Assembly: GCA_044347825.1 (NCBI GenBank)
Contig: JBIKUA010000001.1
Coordinates: forward strand, 1-24,585
DNA: 24,585 nucleotides
Direction: 5' to 3'
Source: Candidatus Deianiraeaceae bacterium
GTDB lineage: Bacteria; Pseudomonadota; Alphaproteobacteria; Rickettsiales; Deianiraeaceae
Of this stretch, positions 1 to 8,943 are shown piece after piece. The position numbers and the translations under genes were made by a program. The notes below the pieces were generated by a model, which did no database searches, had not been told where the DNA came from, and was given only the letters and a program-made list of their open reading frames with translations. Position 1 is the first letter of the stretch. Every line of letters begins with the position of its first letter.

Positions 1-351
1 GCAGAATTTTTAGCAGAGCATAACAAGGCAAAATCTATTGCCGAGTCTGTAAAATCTTCTATTGATGGAAAAGTTTTATTAATGGAAAGAGCTGTAAATG
101 ATGCAGGAAATTTCTACGCCGTTTTATCTTCTAATGAGGTTGCGGAAGAATTGAATTCTCAATTCAAGCACGAAAGTTTTCAATTTAATAAAAATCAAAT
201 TTTAATTTCAAGTAAAATTAGAAATTATGGAATTTATGACTTCACAATTATTCTTTATAACGGAGTAATTGCTAAAATGAAAGTTTCCATAGCCCTAAAT
301 AAAACTTTAGCTGGTGAATATGTGACAAAACTTGAATCAGAGAAAAAATAA
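1..351 (+). CDS. rplI: 50S ribosomal protein L9, C-terminal part (5'-truncated by window edge)
   Basis: Frame is open from base 1 (AEFLAEHNKAKSIAESVKSSIDGKVLLMERAVNDAGNFYAVLSSNEVAEEL...IRNYGIYDFTIILYNGVIAKMKVSIA). This matches the linker helix and C-terminal domain pattern of L9 (R.A...G.LYGSV...DIA...IK..G...V.I.L). Confidence 0.8.
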   Translation, partial: AEFLAEHNKAKSIAESVKSSIDGKVLLMERAVNDAGNFYAVLSSNEVAEELNSQFKHESFQFNKNQILISSKIRNYGIYDFTIILYNGVIAKMKVSIALNKTLAGEYVTKLESEKK

Positions 352-355
352 ATTT

Positions 356-451
356 ATGATATTTGGCATTGCGATATATAAAGTTGCTTTTGGTATAGTA
401 GCTATAACAGTTATTATTGCTGCAATCTTTACTTTTAAAAATGGTCGCTAA
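356..451 (+). CDS. Putative small single-pass membrane protein, 31 aa (MIFGIAIYKVAFGIVAITVIIAAIFTFKNGR), not in the ORF track
   Basis: ATG at 356 and TAA at 449-451. Fills the rplI-dnaQ gap (4 nt after the rplI stop, 10 nt before the dnaQ GTG). Has an 18-residue hydrophobic stretch followed by a basic tail. Confidence 0.6.
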   Translation: MIFGIAIYKVAFGIVAITVIIAAIFTFKNGR

Positions 452-461
452 TAATAAGTAA

Positions 462-1127
462 GTGAGGCACGTTTTTTTTGATACCGAAACAACTGGCACT
501 TCTGTAAGAGATGGTCACAGAATTATTGAAATCGGTTGCGTAGAAACCATAAATTTCAAAAAAACTGGTAAAATATTTCACACCCTTCTCAACCCTGAGC
601 GGGAAATTGATGAAGGAGCAACTAAAGTGCATGGAAAAACTTATGAAATGCTTAAAAGTGAGCCAAAGTTTTTTGAAATTGCTGATGAGTTCAATGCATT
701 TATTGAAGGATCTGAACTTGTAGCACATAATGCTGGTTTTGATGTTAATTTTACTAATTATGAGCTTTCTCTTGCTTCCAAACCTACCCTTAGAAACGAA
801 GTAACGGATAGTTTAACAATTGCAAGGAGGTTTTTCCCAGGTCAACCTGCTTCTCTTGACGCGCTTTGTAAAAGATTCAATATAGACAATTCTAGTAGAA
901 CTTTTCATGGTGCCTTACTTGATGCAGATTTGTTGTGTGATATGTTTTGTAAAATGATTGATTTTTTAGAAAATCAAAGTGGAATTGGAGGGTCGTTTGA
1001 TTATAAAATAAAAAAACAGGAAATTGGAGGGATAAAAAGACAGATGAATTTTGCATATCGTAAATTTTCTGTTTCTAATGGAGATATGCAAAAGCATATG
1101 GAGTTTTTGAAAGATTTAGGTTTTTAA
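462..1127 (+). CDS. dnaQ: DNA polymerase III epsilon subunit (DEDDh 3'-5' exonuclease)
   Basis: FFDTETTG (ExoI), LVAHNAGFD (ExoII) and HGALLDA (ExoIII); GTG start. Confidence 0.95.
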   Translation: MRHVFFDTETTGTSVRDGHRIIEIGCVETINFKKTGKIFHTLLNPEREIDEGATKVHGKTYEMLKSEPKFFEIADEFNAFIEGSELVAHNAGFDVNFTNYELSLASKPTLRNEVTDSLTIARRFFPGQPASLDALCKRFNIDNSSRTFHGALLDADLLCDMFCKMIDFLENQSGIGGSFDYKIKKQEIGGIKRQMNFAYRKFSVSNGDMQKHMEFLKDLGF

Positions 1128-1129
1128 AT

Positions 1130-1630
1130 ATGGATATCTTTAACTTACGAGTTGGCAATGGTGTTGATTTTCATAAGTTTGCGCCTGAGGAAGGAAATTT
1201 CAGTATCGCATTAGGGGGATTGATAATTCCTTTTCAAAAAAAACTTTTAGCTCACTCTGATGGAGATGTAATTTTACATTCAATTTGTGATGCAATTTTT
1301 GGAAGTTTAGGAAATGGAAATATAGGAACTCACTTTCCACCCTCTGATATAAAATGGAAAGATGCTAAGTCAGAAATTTTCTTAGAATATGCAATAAATT
1401 TGCTTACTAACACAGGAGGTAAGTTGATAAATATAGATACAACGGTAATTTGTGAAGAGCCAAAAATTATGCCATTTGCAATTCAAATAAAGCAAAATAT
1501 AGCTAAAATTACAGGACTTGAAATGGCAAAAATTTCCATAAAAGCAGTTACAACGGAAAAGATGGGTTTTTTAGGAAAAAAGGAAGGTATTGGGGCTATT
1601 ACAACCATACTTTCATATATTCACTCCTAA
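1130..1630 (+). CDS. ispF: 2-C-methyl-D-erythritol 2,4-cyclodiphosphate synthase (stand-alone)
   Basis: RVGNGVDFH, LGG, HSDGDVILHSICDA, IGTHFPPSD and KAVTTEKMGF motifs. Confidence 0.95.
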   Translation: MDIFNLRVGNGVDFHKFAPEEGNFSIALGGLIIPFQKKLLAHSDGDVILHSICDAIFGSLGNGNIGTHFPPSDIKWKDAKSEIFLEYAINLLTNTGGKLINIDTTVICEEPKIMPFAIQIKQNIAKITGLEMAKISIKAVTTEKMGFLGKKEGIGAITTILSYIHS

Positions 1631-1898
1631 TTAGACTTCTTTTATATTCTTTATCCAGCTTTTCCTCTTCTGTTTGAGAAAATTCATTTAACACCTTTAA
1701 TGCAAAACGCAAATTAAATAAAATGTGCAGAGTGAAAAAACATGAAAACAATGCAACCAAACCTTCAAAAATTCCATCTTCATAAACTATATAAAAAACC
1801 GAATTTAACATTATAAGTCCTGTTAAAAAAGAATAATTTGTTAACATATTTGTAATGTTTGCGAAATTGAAATACCTATAGTTAAAAAAATTTTTCAT
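1599..1898 (-). CDS. Hypothetical small membrane protein (two hydrophobic segments, charged C-terminal helix)
   Basis: 99-aa ORF occupying otherwise empty space. Convergent with ispF, 32-nt overlap. No family recognised. Confidence 0.5.
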   Translation of the reverse strand: MKNFFNYRYFNFANITNMLTNYSFLTGLIMLNSVFYIVYEDGIFEGLVALFSCFFTLHILFNLRFALKVLNEFSQTEEEKLDKEYKRSLIRSEYMKVWL

Positions 1899-1986
1899 AA
1901 TGAAAATATATATTATTAATTGAATAATACAACTTTTTATAATAAAAGTAAAGAATTTATTTTGACATAAATAAAAGACTTCTTAA

Positions 1987-2004
1987 ATTTCTTTATAAAG
2001 AAAT
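1987..2004. repeat. 18-bp perfect palindrome ATTTCTTTATAAAGAAAT
   Basis: Read directly from the sequence. Overlaps a possible TTGACA(1962-1967)-N16-TAAATT(1984-1989) promoter. Confidence 0.6.
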
Positions 2005-2205
2005 CGAGGTTTTACGATAATTCTACTGCAATAAAAGTTCGATTTTACAGAATAAATAAAGATGTGAATATAAATAATGCAAAATAAAATTTACATATTC
2101 AAAAAGAAATGAATATATAGGGGAAACTATATTATAATAAATTTAAAAGAGCAAATATACTTGCTGTAGTTAAATTCAAATTTGTCATTTGAATCAATAT
2201 ATCAC

Positions 2206-2234
2206 TTGACACTGCCAAACATAAGCATTATTAA
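2206..2234 (+). promoter_or_regulatory. Putative sigma70 promoter for ispH-lysS
   Basis: cTTGACA(2206-2211)-N17-TATTAA(2229-2234), 24 nt upstream of the ispH ATG. Confidence 0.5.
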
Positions 2235-2258
2235 CTTTATATTAAAATTATTGATTTT

Positions 2259-3194
2259 ATGGAAGTTATTTTGGCAGAACCTAGGGGATTTTGTGCTGGA
2301 GTTAGAAGGGCAATTTTAATTGTTGAAAAGGCAATTCAAAAATTTGGTACTCCAATTTATGTAAAACATGAGATAGTTCACAATAAAATTGTAATTGAAA
2401 GTTTAAAATCTAAAGGGGTAATTTTTACTGACGAAGTCTCGCAAATTCCACAAGGAAGCGTAGTAATTTATTCTGCACACGGAGTTTCCGATGCTGTAGA
2501 AAGTGAAGCAGAAAGATTGCAGTTAATTCCAATTGATGCAACCTGCCCTCTTGTAAAAAAGGTTCACAAAGAAGTTATTCAATATGATGAAGAGGGGTTT
2601 CAAATAATTTTAATAGGTCATAAAAATCATCCTGAAATTGAAGGCACATCAGGTAAATTGAAAAAAGGTAAGGCGATTATCGTTCAAAATGTGGAAGAGG
2701 CAAAAACTGTGCAAATAGAGAATGACCAAAAGCTTGCAATTGCAACGCAAACAACTCTTAGCCTTGATGATACTAAGGAAATAATTGAAATTCTAGAAGC
2801 TCGCTTTCCTGTTCTTAAAGGTAATGTTAAAAATGATATTTGCTATGCAACTCAAAATAGACAAACTGCAGTTTATGATTTAATTCAAAATTATCAAATT
2901 GATGGTTTAATTGTTGTAGGTTCGCAAAATAGTTCAAACTCAAATAGATTAAAGGATATAGGCACGCAAAGAGGCATACCATCATTTCTTATTAATGAAC
3001 CTGACGAATTAGACTTAAAGAATGTTTTAAATTTAAAAAAAATAGGAATTACAGCAGGAGCCTCCGCTCCAGAACATTTAATTGAAAAACTTGTAGATTT
3101 CTTTAAAAAGAAGGATAACAACTTAAAAATCACAATAATGGACGGCGTAAAAGAAGATACAGTCTTCCATCTACCAAAACAACTAAGAGATTAA
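2259..3194 (+). CDS. ispH: 4-hydroxy-3-methylbut-2-enyl diphosphate reductase
   Basis: PRGFCAGV, HEIVHN, DATCPLV, DICYATQNRQ, SSNSNRL and TAGASAPE; all three Fe-S Cys present. Confidence 0.97.
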   Translation: MEVILAEPRGFCAGVRRAILIVEKAIQKFGTPIYVKHEIVHNKIVIESLKSKGVIFTDEVSQIPQGSVVIYSAHGVSDAVESEAERLQLIPIDATCPLVKKVHKEVIQYDEEGFQIILIGHKNHPEIEGTSGKLKKGKAIIVQNVEEAKTVQIENDQKLAIATQTTLSLDDTKEIIEILEARFPVLKGNVKNDICYATQNRQTAVYDLIQNYQIDGLIVVGSQNSSNSNRLKDIGTQRGIPSFLINEPDELDLKNVLNLKKIGITAGASAPEHLIEKLVDFFKKKDNNLKITIMDGVKEDTVFHLPKQLRD

Positions 3195-3197
3195 TTT

Positions 3198-4763
3198 ATG
3201 GAAACAAGAGATATTTACAAAAAATCAAAGGCTTGGGCTTTTGAAGAAGCGTTTAAAATTTTAGAAAAAATAGGAGGTAAAACTCCAAAAAAAGGGTATG
3301 TTCTTTTTGAAACAGGGTATGGACCTTCTGGTCTCCCTCATATTGGCACATTTGGGGAAGTAGTGCGAACTTGCTTTGTGAAATTTGCATTTGAGCAAAT
3401 CACAGAAGGCAAAATTCCAACAAAACTCATTTGCTTTTCTGACGATTTAGACGGGCTTAGAAAAGTTCCAGATAACATTCCAAACAGGGATATGGTGAAA
3501 GAACATTTAGGAAAGCCATTAACAAGTGTGCCTGACCCTTTTGGCACTCATGAAAGCTTCGGTCATAATATGAACGCAAGGTTAAGAGCTTTTTTAGATA
3601 GTTTTGGGTTTGAATACACTTTTATTAGTGCTCTTGAAAAATATAAAAGTGGTGAATTTAACGAAACATTACTTAATGTTGTAAAAAATTATGAGAAATT
3701 GATGGATTTAATGCTTAAAAATTTAGGTGAAGAAAGGCAAGAAACCTACAGCCCAATAATGCCAATTTGCCCTAAAACTGGGAAGGTTTTAGCAGAAGGC
3801 GTGAAGGCAGTGAATAAGGAAAAAGGCACGGTAATTTATGTAAACGAATTTGGAGAAGAGGTGGAAACTGAAGTGACAAACGGAAAGTGCAAACTTCAGT
3901 GGAAAATAGATTTTGGTGCAAGATGGCAAGCTTTAGATGTAGATTACGAGATTTTTGGAAAAGAACACGCTCCAAATGCTAAACTTTATCAACAAATATG
4001 CAAAATTTTAGGAGGTGAAGGACCTATTAATTTTGTCTACGAACTTTTCTTAGGTGAAGATGGTGCAAAAATTTCTAAATCCAAAGGTAATGGAATATCA
4101 GTTGAAGAATGGCTCTCTTTTGCTCCGCAAGAAAGTTTGAAATTATTTATGTTTCAAAAGCCAAAAACGGCAAAAAGAATGTTTTTTGATGTTATACCCA
4201 AAAATGTAGATGAATACATTAAATATGTGGCAAGTTATGGCAAACAAACAGAGGAGCAAAAGCTTGAAAATCCTGCTTACTTCGTGCATTTTGGAAATGT
4301 GCCAGATTTCAACTTAGGAGGTATTGATTTTAGTTTGATACTTCATCTTGTTTCCGCTTCTAGCGCTGAAAATAGTGATATTTTATGGGGTTTTGTCAAT
4401 AAATATAATTCTTCTCTTAAAAAGGGCGATATACCATTTTTAGATAACCTTCTTGAATGCGGAATTAGGTATTTTGAAAAGTTCATAAAACCTTATAAAT
4501 CCTTTAGAAAAGCAAGTGAAATTGAGGTAAAGGGGCTTTTAATGTTTAAAGAATTTTTAAGTGAAAATTTGGAAGCAACTGCAGAGGAAATTCAAAATAA
4601 AGTCTATTCAATTGGTATGGAGCTTGGGCTTGAGTTGAAAGCTTGGTTTGGAGGGATTTATCAGGTTCTACTAGGGCAAAACGAAGGTCCTAGAGTTGGA
4701 AGTTTTACAAAACTTTACGGAGCTTTAAATATGATAAAATTAATAGAGGAAAAATTAAGATAA
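3198..4763 (+). CDS. lysS: Lysyl-tRNA synthetase, class I (LysK type)
   Basis: FETGYGPSGLPHIGTFGE (HIGH), KLQWKIDFGARW, and KISKSKGN (KMSKS); 521 aa. Confidence 0.95.
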   Translation: METRDIYKKSKAWAFEEAFKILEKIGGKTPKKGYVLFETGYGPSGLPHIGTFGEVVRTCFVKFAFEQITEGKIPTKLICFSDDLDGLRKVPDNIPNRDMVKEHLGKPLTSVPDPFGTHESFGHNMNARLRAFLDSFGFEYTFISALEKYKSGEFNETLLNVVKNYEKLMDLMLKNLGEERQETYSPIMPICPKTGKVLAEGVKAVNKEKGTVIYVNEFGEEVETEVTNGKCKLQWKIDFGARWQALDVDYEIFGKEHAPNAKLYQQICKILGGEGPINFVYELFLGEDGAKISKSKGNGISVEEWLSFAPQESLKLFMFQKPKTAKRMFFDVIPKNVDEYIKYVASYGKQTEEQKLENPAYFVHFGNVPDFNLGGIDFSLILHLVSASSAENSDILWGFVNKYNSSLKKGDIPFLDNLLECGIRYFEKFIKPYKSFRKASEIEVKGLLMFKEFLSENLEATAEEIQNKVYSIGMELGLELKAWFGGIYQVLLGQNEGPRVGSFTKLYGALNMIKLIEEKLR

Positions 4764-5717
4764 ATTTAAAAATCCGTATCTATCTCGTGAGGTTTTTGCA
4801 AGCTCTTTTACTTGTAAAAATTCATCTTCCGTCAATCCTAAATCTTGAAAGCACGAAGGCATTTGAAGATAGGTAAAAGCTTCTTTTAAAATATCTTCAC
4901 TTTTTTGAATTTTCAACATCTCGCAAGTGAAAGCAGAAATTTGAAGTCCGTGTAAAAATTTACGAACTTGAGGGAACTTAGCTTCCGCAACATGTGCCAT
5001 TGCATGCTCCCCTCCACTAGCAGGGAAGCTAGAACCAAATAAATGCATGGCAAGCCCAGCAAAAAGGGTATTTTCTAGCAATTCAAGCATAAATTCATCA
5101 TCTTTTTCAGGTAGTTTTTTATAATTTTCAAGTAAGAATTTTTCTGATGGAATGCGAAAAGAAAATAGTGCCTCGTCATAAAAAGTGCCCTTGGTTTGAC
5201 TAGAAAGTTTGCAGTCATTTTGAGCCGTTATTCTTGCCATTGCATCTCCAAAACCTGCTTTTGTTAACTCTATTGGCGCTTCTTCCAAAATTTTTAAATC
5301 AAAATAAAGCGCCTTTGGGAGATGGCATTTAAAGCTTTCCTTCATCCCAGAAGAGCCTAAAATTGAAGCATTACTTGAAAGGTATCCGTTCATTGAAAGT
5401 GCAGTGCCAAAAGCAATAAATGGTTTTTTTGCCTTAAAACTTGCAAATTTAGTTGCATCGCACACGGTTCCAGAGCCTACTGCAAAAATTCCATCATAAT
5501 TTTGTAATTCTTTTTCTAGCTCATCAATTTTACTTAAAACAAAAGGCTTATCCGTAAATTTTAATGCTATATACTTAGTTCCTTCATCACAAACAACAAG
5601 AAAGTTTTTTGGTGGAGAGATTTTTTCTTCATATCCTAAAAAAATATCGCAAATTTCTTTTTGAAAAATCCCACCAGACTTAAATTCAAGTGTGCGGGAA
5701 AAATTGATTAATGTCAT
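4755..5717 (-). CDS. sn-glycerol-1-phosphate dehydrogenase-like protein (EgsA/AraM; DHQ-synthase/Fe-ADH superfamily)
   Basis: VGSGTVCDATK (NAD-binding), GTALSMNGY, AGFGDAMAR, PASGGEHAMAH and LHG metal-ligand motifs. ATGA overlap with the murD stop. Confidence 0.75.
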   Translation of the reverse strand: MTLINFSRTLEFKSGGIFQKEICDIFLGYEEKISPPKNFLVVCDEGTKYIALKFTDKPFVLSKIDELEKELQNYDGIFAVGSGTVCDATKFASFKAKKPFIAFGTALSMNGYLSSNASILGSSGMKESFKCHLPKALYFDLKILEEAPIELTKAGFGDAMARITAQNDCKLSSQTKGTFYDEALFSFRIPSEKFLLENYKKLPEKDDEFMLELLENTLFAGLAMHLFGSSFPASGGEHAMAHVAEAKFPQVRKFLHGLQISAFTCEMLKIQKSEDILKEAFTYLQMPSCFQDLGLTEDEFLQVKELAKTSRDRYGFLNLS

Positions 5718-6961
5718 AACGAATTTACAAGATTTTTAAATACATCTCCTCTTTCTTCAAAATTTTTGAATTGGTCAAGGCTTGAGCAGGTGGGAGAGAG
5801 TAAAACCACGCTATTTTTAACTTTTTTAGCAGATTTAAATGCTAAAGGAACTGCCTTTGCTAGGCTTGCAGGAATGCAGTAATTTAGAGGGTTTTGAGGA
5901 TTTGTCTTGTTATGCTCTATTATGCGTTTTGCAAAAATTCCACTTGCTTCCCCAATTAGCAAAATTTCCTTTATAAAAGCACTTTCCTGCCTTCCCAAAA
6001 TTGCCTCAATTCCATCTTCCTTCGCTCTTCCTCCTGCAATTAAAAAAATAGGAGTTTTAGGAAACGCCCTCAAGGCAGTTAATGTTGCTTCTATGCTAGT
6101 TGCCTTGCTATCGTTGATAAACCGCACTCCTTCAAATTCTCTTACAAATTCAATTCTATGAGGAAGTGATGAAAAACTAGAAACTGCAGGAATAATTTGC
6201 TCTATTGGTATTTTAGAAAAATCCATACAAATTGCAATGGCAACGAGAATATTTTTTAAATTATGCTCTCCTTTTAAATTTGCAAAATCTGGCAATTCGC
6301 AAATTACTTCACCATTTTTATAAAGCAAATTTTGAAGGATGGAATATCCCTTTGGTAAGATTTCACTTACGCTAAAATCATTAGGAGAAAGCTTAAAACC
6401 CTCCCCACGCAATATTTTTTGCTTTACTTTTATATAGCCCTCCATACCTCCGTGACGCCCTAAATGATTGCTAGAAATGTTAAGCAAAATTCCTGCATCA
6501 AAGCTAAAATTTGTAATTTCAAGTTGATAGGAAGAAACCTCTAAAATGCAATACTCCGCCTCAAACGCCTCTTTTGTAAGTGGGCTTTTACCAATATTAC
6601 CTCCTAAAAAAGCTCTTTTGCCTACATTTTTTAAAATATGATAAACAAGAGAGCAAGTGGTGGACTTTCCGTTTGAGCCTGTAATACCAATAATTTTAAC
6701 ATCCTTAGGGGAAAACTTTTTAAATAACTCTAAATCAGAAATAATAGGTAAGAGAGCCTCTTTTGCTTTTAAAACTATTTGGTGAGAAAGACTAATTCCG
6801 GGGCTTAATATCATTGCATCAAACTTTGAGAAATCTTTTATTTCACCATCCGATTTAGAAGGGTCGTCATCATAAACAGTTGTATTAATGCCTCTCTCTT
6901 TGCAAAAATCAAGCACACCTTTTCCGCTTACTCCAAGCCCAAAAATAAGGAGATTTTTCAT
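5714..6961 (-). CDS. murD: UDP-N-acetylmuramoyl-L-alanine--D-glutamate ligase
   Basis: [48 protein letters not shown] and [12 protein letters not shown]. Confidence 0.95.
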   Translation of the reverse strand: MKNLLIFGLGVSGKGVLDFCKERGINTTVYDDDPSKSDGEIKDFSKFDAMILSPGISLSHQIVLKAKEALLPIISDLELFKKFSPKDVKIIGITGSNGKSTTCSLVYHILKNVGKRAFLGGNIGKSPLTKEAFEAEYCILEVSSYQLEITNFSFDAGILLNISSNHLGRHGGMEGYIKVKQKILRGEGFKLSPNDFSVSEILPKGYSILQNLLYKNGEVICELPDFANLKGEHNLKNILVAIAICMDFSKIPIEQIIPAVSSFSSLPHRIEFVREFEGVRFINDSKATSIEATLTALRAFPKTPIFLIAGGRAKEDGIEAILGRQESAFIKEILLIGEASGIFAKRIIEHNKTNPQNPLNYCIPASLAKAVPLAFKSAKKVKNSVVLLSPTCSSLDQFKNFEERGDVFKNLVNSL

Positions 6962-7602
6962 TTTACAGCTTTATTATAATCGTTTAGAAAAATCTCAATT
7001 CCTTTGTCTGTAAGAGGGTGAGAAACTAACTTTGAAAATAAATCAACGGGTATCGTTCCAACATCTGCACCTATTTTAATAGCTTCTGCAAAGTGTATTG
7101 GAGTTCTTATAGAAGCGGCTAAAATTTCAGTTTCAAACCCATAATTGTTAAATACAAGCCTTAAATCTGCAATTAAATCCATACCATTAATCCCTATATC
7201 ATCCCATCTTCCAATAAAAGGAGAAACAAAAGTTGCCCCCGCTTTTGCTGCCATTAAACCTTGAGAGGCAGTAAAACATAGTGTGACATTCGTTTGAACC
7301 CCCTTATCTGCAAGCACCCTGCATGCTTTTAAACCCTCCATCGTTAAAGGAAGTTTGATACATACATTTGAAGCAATTTTAATAAGTTCATTTGCCTCTT
7401 TTAGCATACCCTCAGTATCAAGGGCAATAACCTCCGCACTAACGGGGCCTTTCACTAAACTGCAAATTTCTGCAATTACTTCCTCAAATTTACGCCCAGA
7501 TTTTGCAATAATACTAGGATTTGTTGTAACTCCATCAATAAGCCCTGTTGAAGCAAATTCCTTAATTTTTACAACATCTGCTGTGTCTAAAAAAATTTTC
7601 AT
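6958..7602 (-). CDS. tal: Transaldolase, short TalC/Fsa-type
   Basis: [17 protein letters not shown] (Schiff-base Lys), TNVTLCF and SPFIGR. Glu in VSAEV and Phe in SPF favour transaldolase over FSA. Confidence 0.88.
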   Translation of the reverse strand: MKIFLDTADVVKIKEFASTGLIDGVTTNPSIIAKSGRKFEEVIAEICSLVKGPVSAEVIALDTEGMLKEANELIKIASNVCIKLPLTMEGLKACRVLADKGVQTNVTLCFTASQGLMAAKAGATFVSPFIGRWDDIGINGMDLIADLRLVFNNYGFETEILAASIRTPIHFAEAIKIGADVGTIPVDLFSKLVSHPLTDKGIEIFLNDYNKAVK

Positions 7603-7605
7603 ATT

Positions 7606-8232
7606 TTAAATCATTGTTTTCTTAAAATTCTTATCTACTTGTTTTTGAACATCTTTCGCAAGTGCCATACTTATTATTATATCAGGCTCCGATACAATTC
7701 CATTAGACCCAGTTTTTGCCTTTTTTATCTCGTCTACAAATTCCATTCCTGATACAACTCTACCCCAAACTGTGTATTTTCCATCTAAAAATTCAGAATC
7801 TGCCAAAACTATAAAAAATTGACTATCCGCACTTGCAAGGTCGTTTGCTCTTGCCATGCTTACTATACCTCTTTTATGAGAAATTTTAGAAAATTCTGGT
7901 TCCAGTTTTGTACCACTACCCCCTCTTCCAGTGCCTGTTGGGTCACCCGTTTGAGCTACAAAACCATCTATTACTCTAAAAAATTTATTTCCATCATAAA
8001 AGCCTTGTCTAACAAGTGTTTTAATATGTTCAATATGTTTTGGGGCAATATTTGGAAAAGTTTCAATAACTACGATACCATCTTTTAATTTTAAATAAAT
8101 TAAGTTTTCAATAGGGACATCAATAAGTTTTGCATTCAATTTTTTTAGCCTAACTTCCTGCCAAAGAACAATAAAAGCAAATATAAATACAATGCTTGAA
8201 AAAAGTGTTTTAATAGTTTTAACATTTAGCAT
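7606..8232 (-). CDS. Cyclophilin-type peptidyl-prolyl cis-trans isomerase with N-terminal membrane anchor or signal
   Basis: APKH, GFYDG, FFRVIDGFVAQTGDP, RGIVSMAR, SQFFI and LDGKYTVWGRV; hydrophobic N-terminal segment. Confidence 0.93.
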   Translation of the reverse strand: MLNVKTIKTLFSSIVFIFAFIVLWQEVRLKKLNAKLIDVPIENLIYLKLKDGIVVIETFPNIAPKHIEHIKTLVRQGFYDGNKFFRVIDGFVAQTGDPTGTGRGGSGTKLEPEFSKISHKRGIVSMARANDLASADSQFFIVLADSEFLDGKYTVWGRVVSGMEFVDEIKKAKTGSNGIVSEPDIIISMALAKDVQKQVDKNFKKTMI

Positions 8233-8254
8233 AGACTTACAAAAAACAATAGGG

Positions 8255-8290
8255 CTTTAGTATAATACAAATATACATACTATACTAAAG
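8255..8290. repeat. Perfect 10-bp inverted repeat CTTTAGTATA-N16-TATACTAAAG
   Basis: Read directly; lies in the divergent region between the cyclophilin gene and rplM. Confidence 0.65.
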
Positions 8291-8374
8291 TAAACAGCTT
8301 TTAAAGGAGGTATATCTTATTTGCGATAGATTTTTTTAAATGTCAATAAAATATTGGAAAAATCTTTATAATTT

Positions 8375-8434
8375 AAAAAAAATAAAAAAAAATAAAAAAA
8401 GTATTTGACAAAAATAAAAAATAGGTTAAATAAT
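8375..8434 (+). promoter_or_regulatory. Putative promoter of the rplM operon with phased A-tracts (UP-element-like)
   Basis: A-tracts at 8375-8400 with a 10-nt period, TTGACA at 8405-8410, and an AT-rich -10 candidate (AATAAT 8429-8434). Confidence 0.55.
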
Positions 8435-8466
8435 TGTTTCTATATGAGAGATATATTTTAAATATA

Positions 8467-8940
8467 ATGCATACAAAAAGTACAAAGTTCATCACCCAGA
8501 GTGATGTTGAGCAAAAATGGATACATATTGACGCTAAAGATTGCGTTCTTGGTAGACTTGCCGTTATAATAGCAGATTTACTGAGAGGTAAAAATCAAGT
8601 TACATTCACTCCAAACGCAGACACAGGTCATTTTGTAGTTATTACAAACGCTAGAGAAATTCATATGACAGGGGCTAAAGATGTAAAAGAGAATATGTAT
8701 TGGCACACAGGTCACCCCGGAGGAATTAAGTCTGTTACAAGAAAACAAGCTTTAAGAAACCAAAAATATCAAATGGTTTTAAAAAGAGCAGTTAAAGGTA
8801 TGCTTCCTAGTGGACCTTTAGGATACGCAATGATGAAAAAGTTGTTTATTTACGAAACATCTGACCACCCTCATGTTGCACAAAAACCAGAGGTTTTGGA
8901 TATTCAATCCCTAAGTATAAAGAATAAAAAGAATAGTTAA
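8467..8940 (+). CDS. rplM: 50S ribosomal protein L13
   Basis: KWIHIDA, LGRLA, FTPNADTGHFVVITNA, YWHTGHPGGIK and KGMLP. Start reassigned to ATG 8467 because the track's TTG at 8434 overlaps the promoter. Confidence 0.97.
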   Translation: MHTKSTKFITQSDVEQKWIHIDAKDCVLGRLAVIIADLLRGKNQVTFTPNADTGHFVVITNAREIHMTGAKDVKENMYWHTGHPGGIKSVTRKQALRNQKYQMVLKRAVKGMLPSGPLGYAMMKKLFIYETSDHPHVAQKPEVLDIQSLSIKNKKNS

Positions 8941-8943
8941 GAT

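Noticed and set aside
272-728. Minus-strand ORFs 272..499 and 435..728
   Set aside because: Antisense shadows of rplI, the small ORF and dnaQ, with no recognisable motifs.
2231-2245. CtrA-like box TTAA-N7-TTAA overlapping the ispH -10 region
   Set aside because: Core-only match lacking the terminal C. About one such match is expected by chance in this much very AT-rich intergenic DNA.
1899-2258. AT-rich intergenic region as a possible oriC
   Set aside because: No TTATCCACA-type DnaA boxes seen and no typical origin-flanking genes.
8304-8311. Perfect SD-like AAGGAGGT
   Set aside because: No usable ORF downstream (only TTG-CGA-TAG).
8434-8466. Track start of rplM at TTG 8434
   Set aside because: Overlaps the predicted promoter; ATG 8467 gives the canonical L13 N-terminus.
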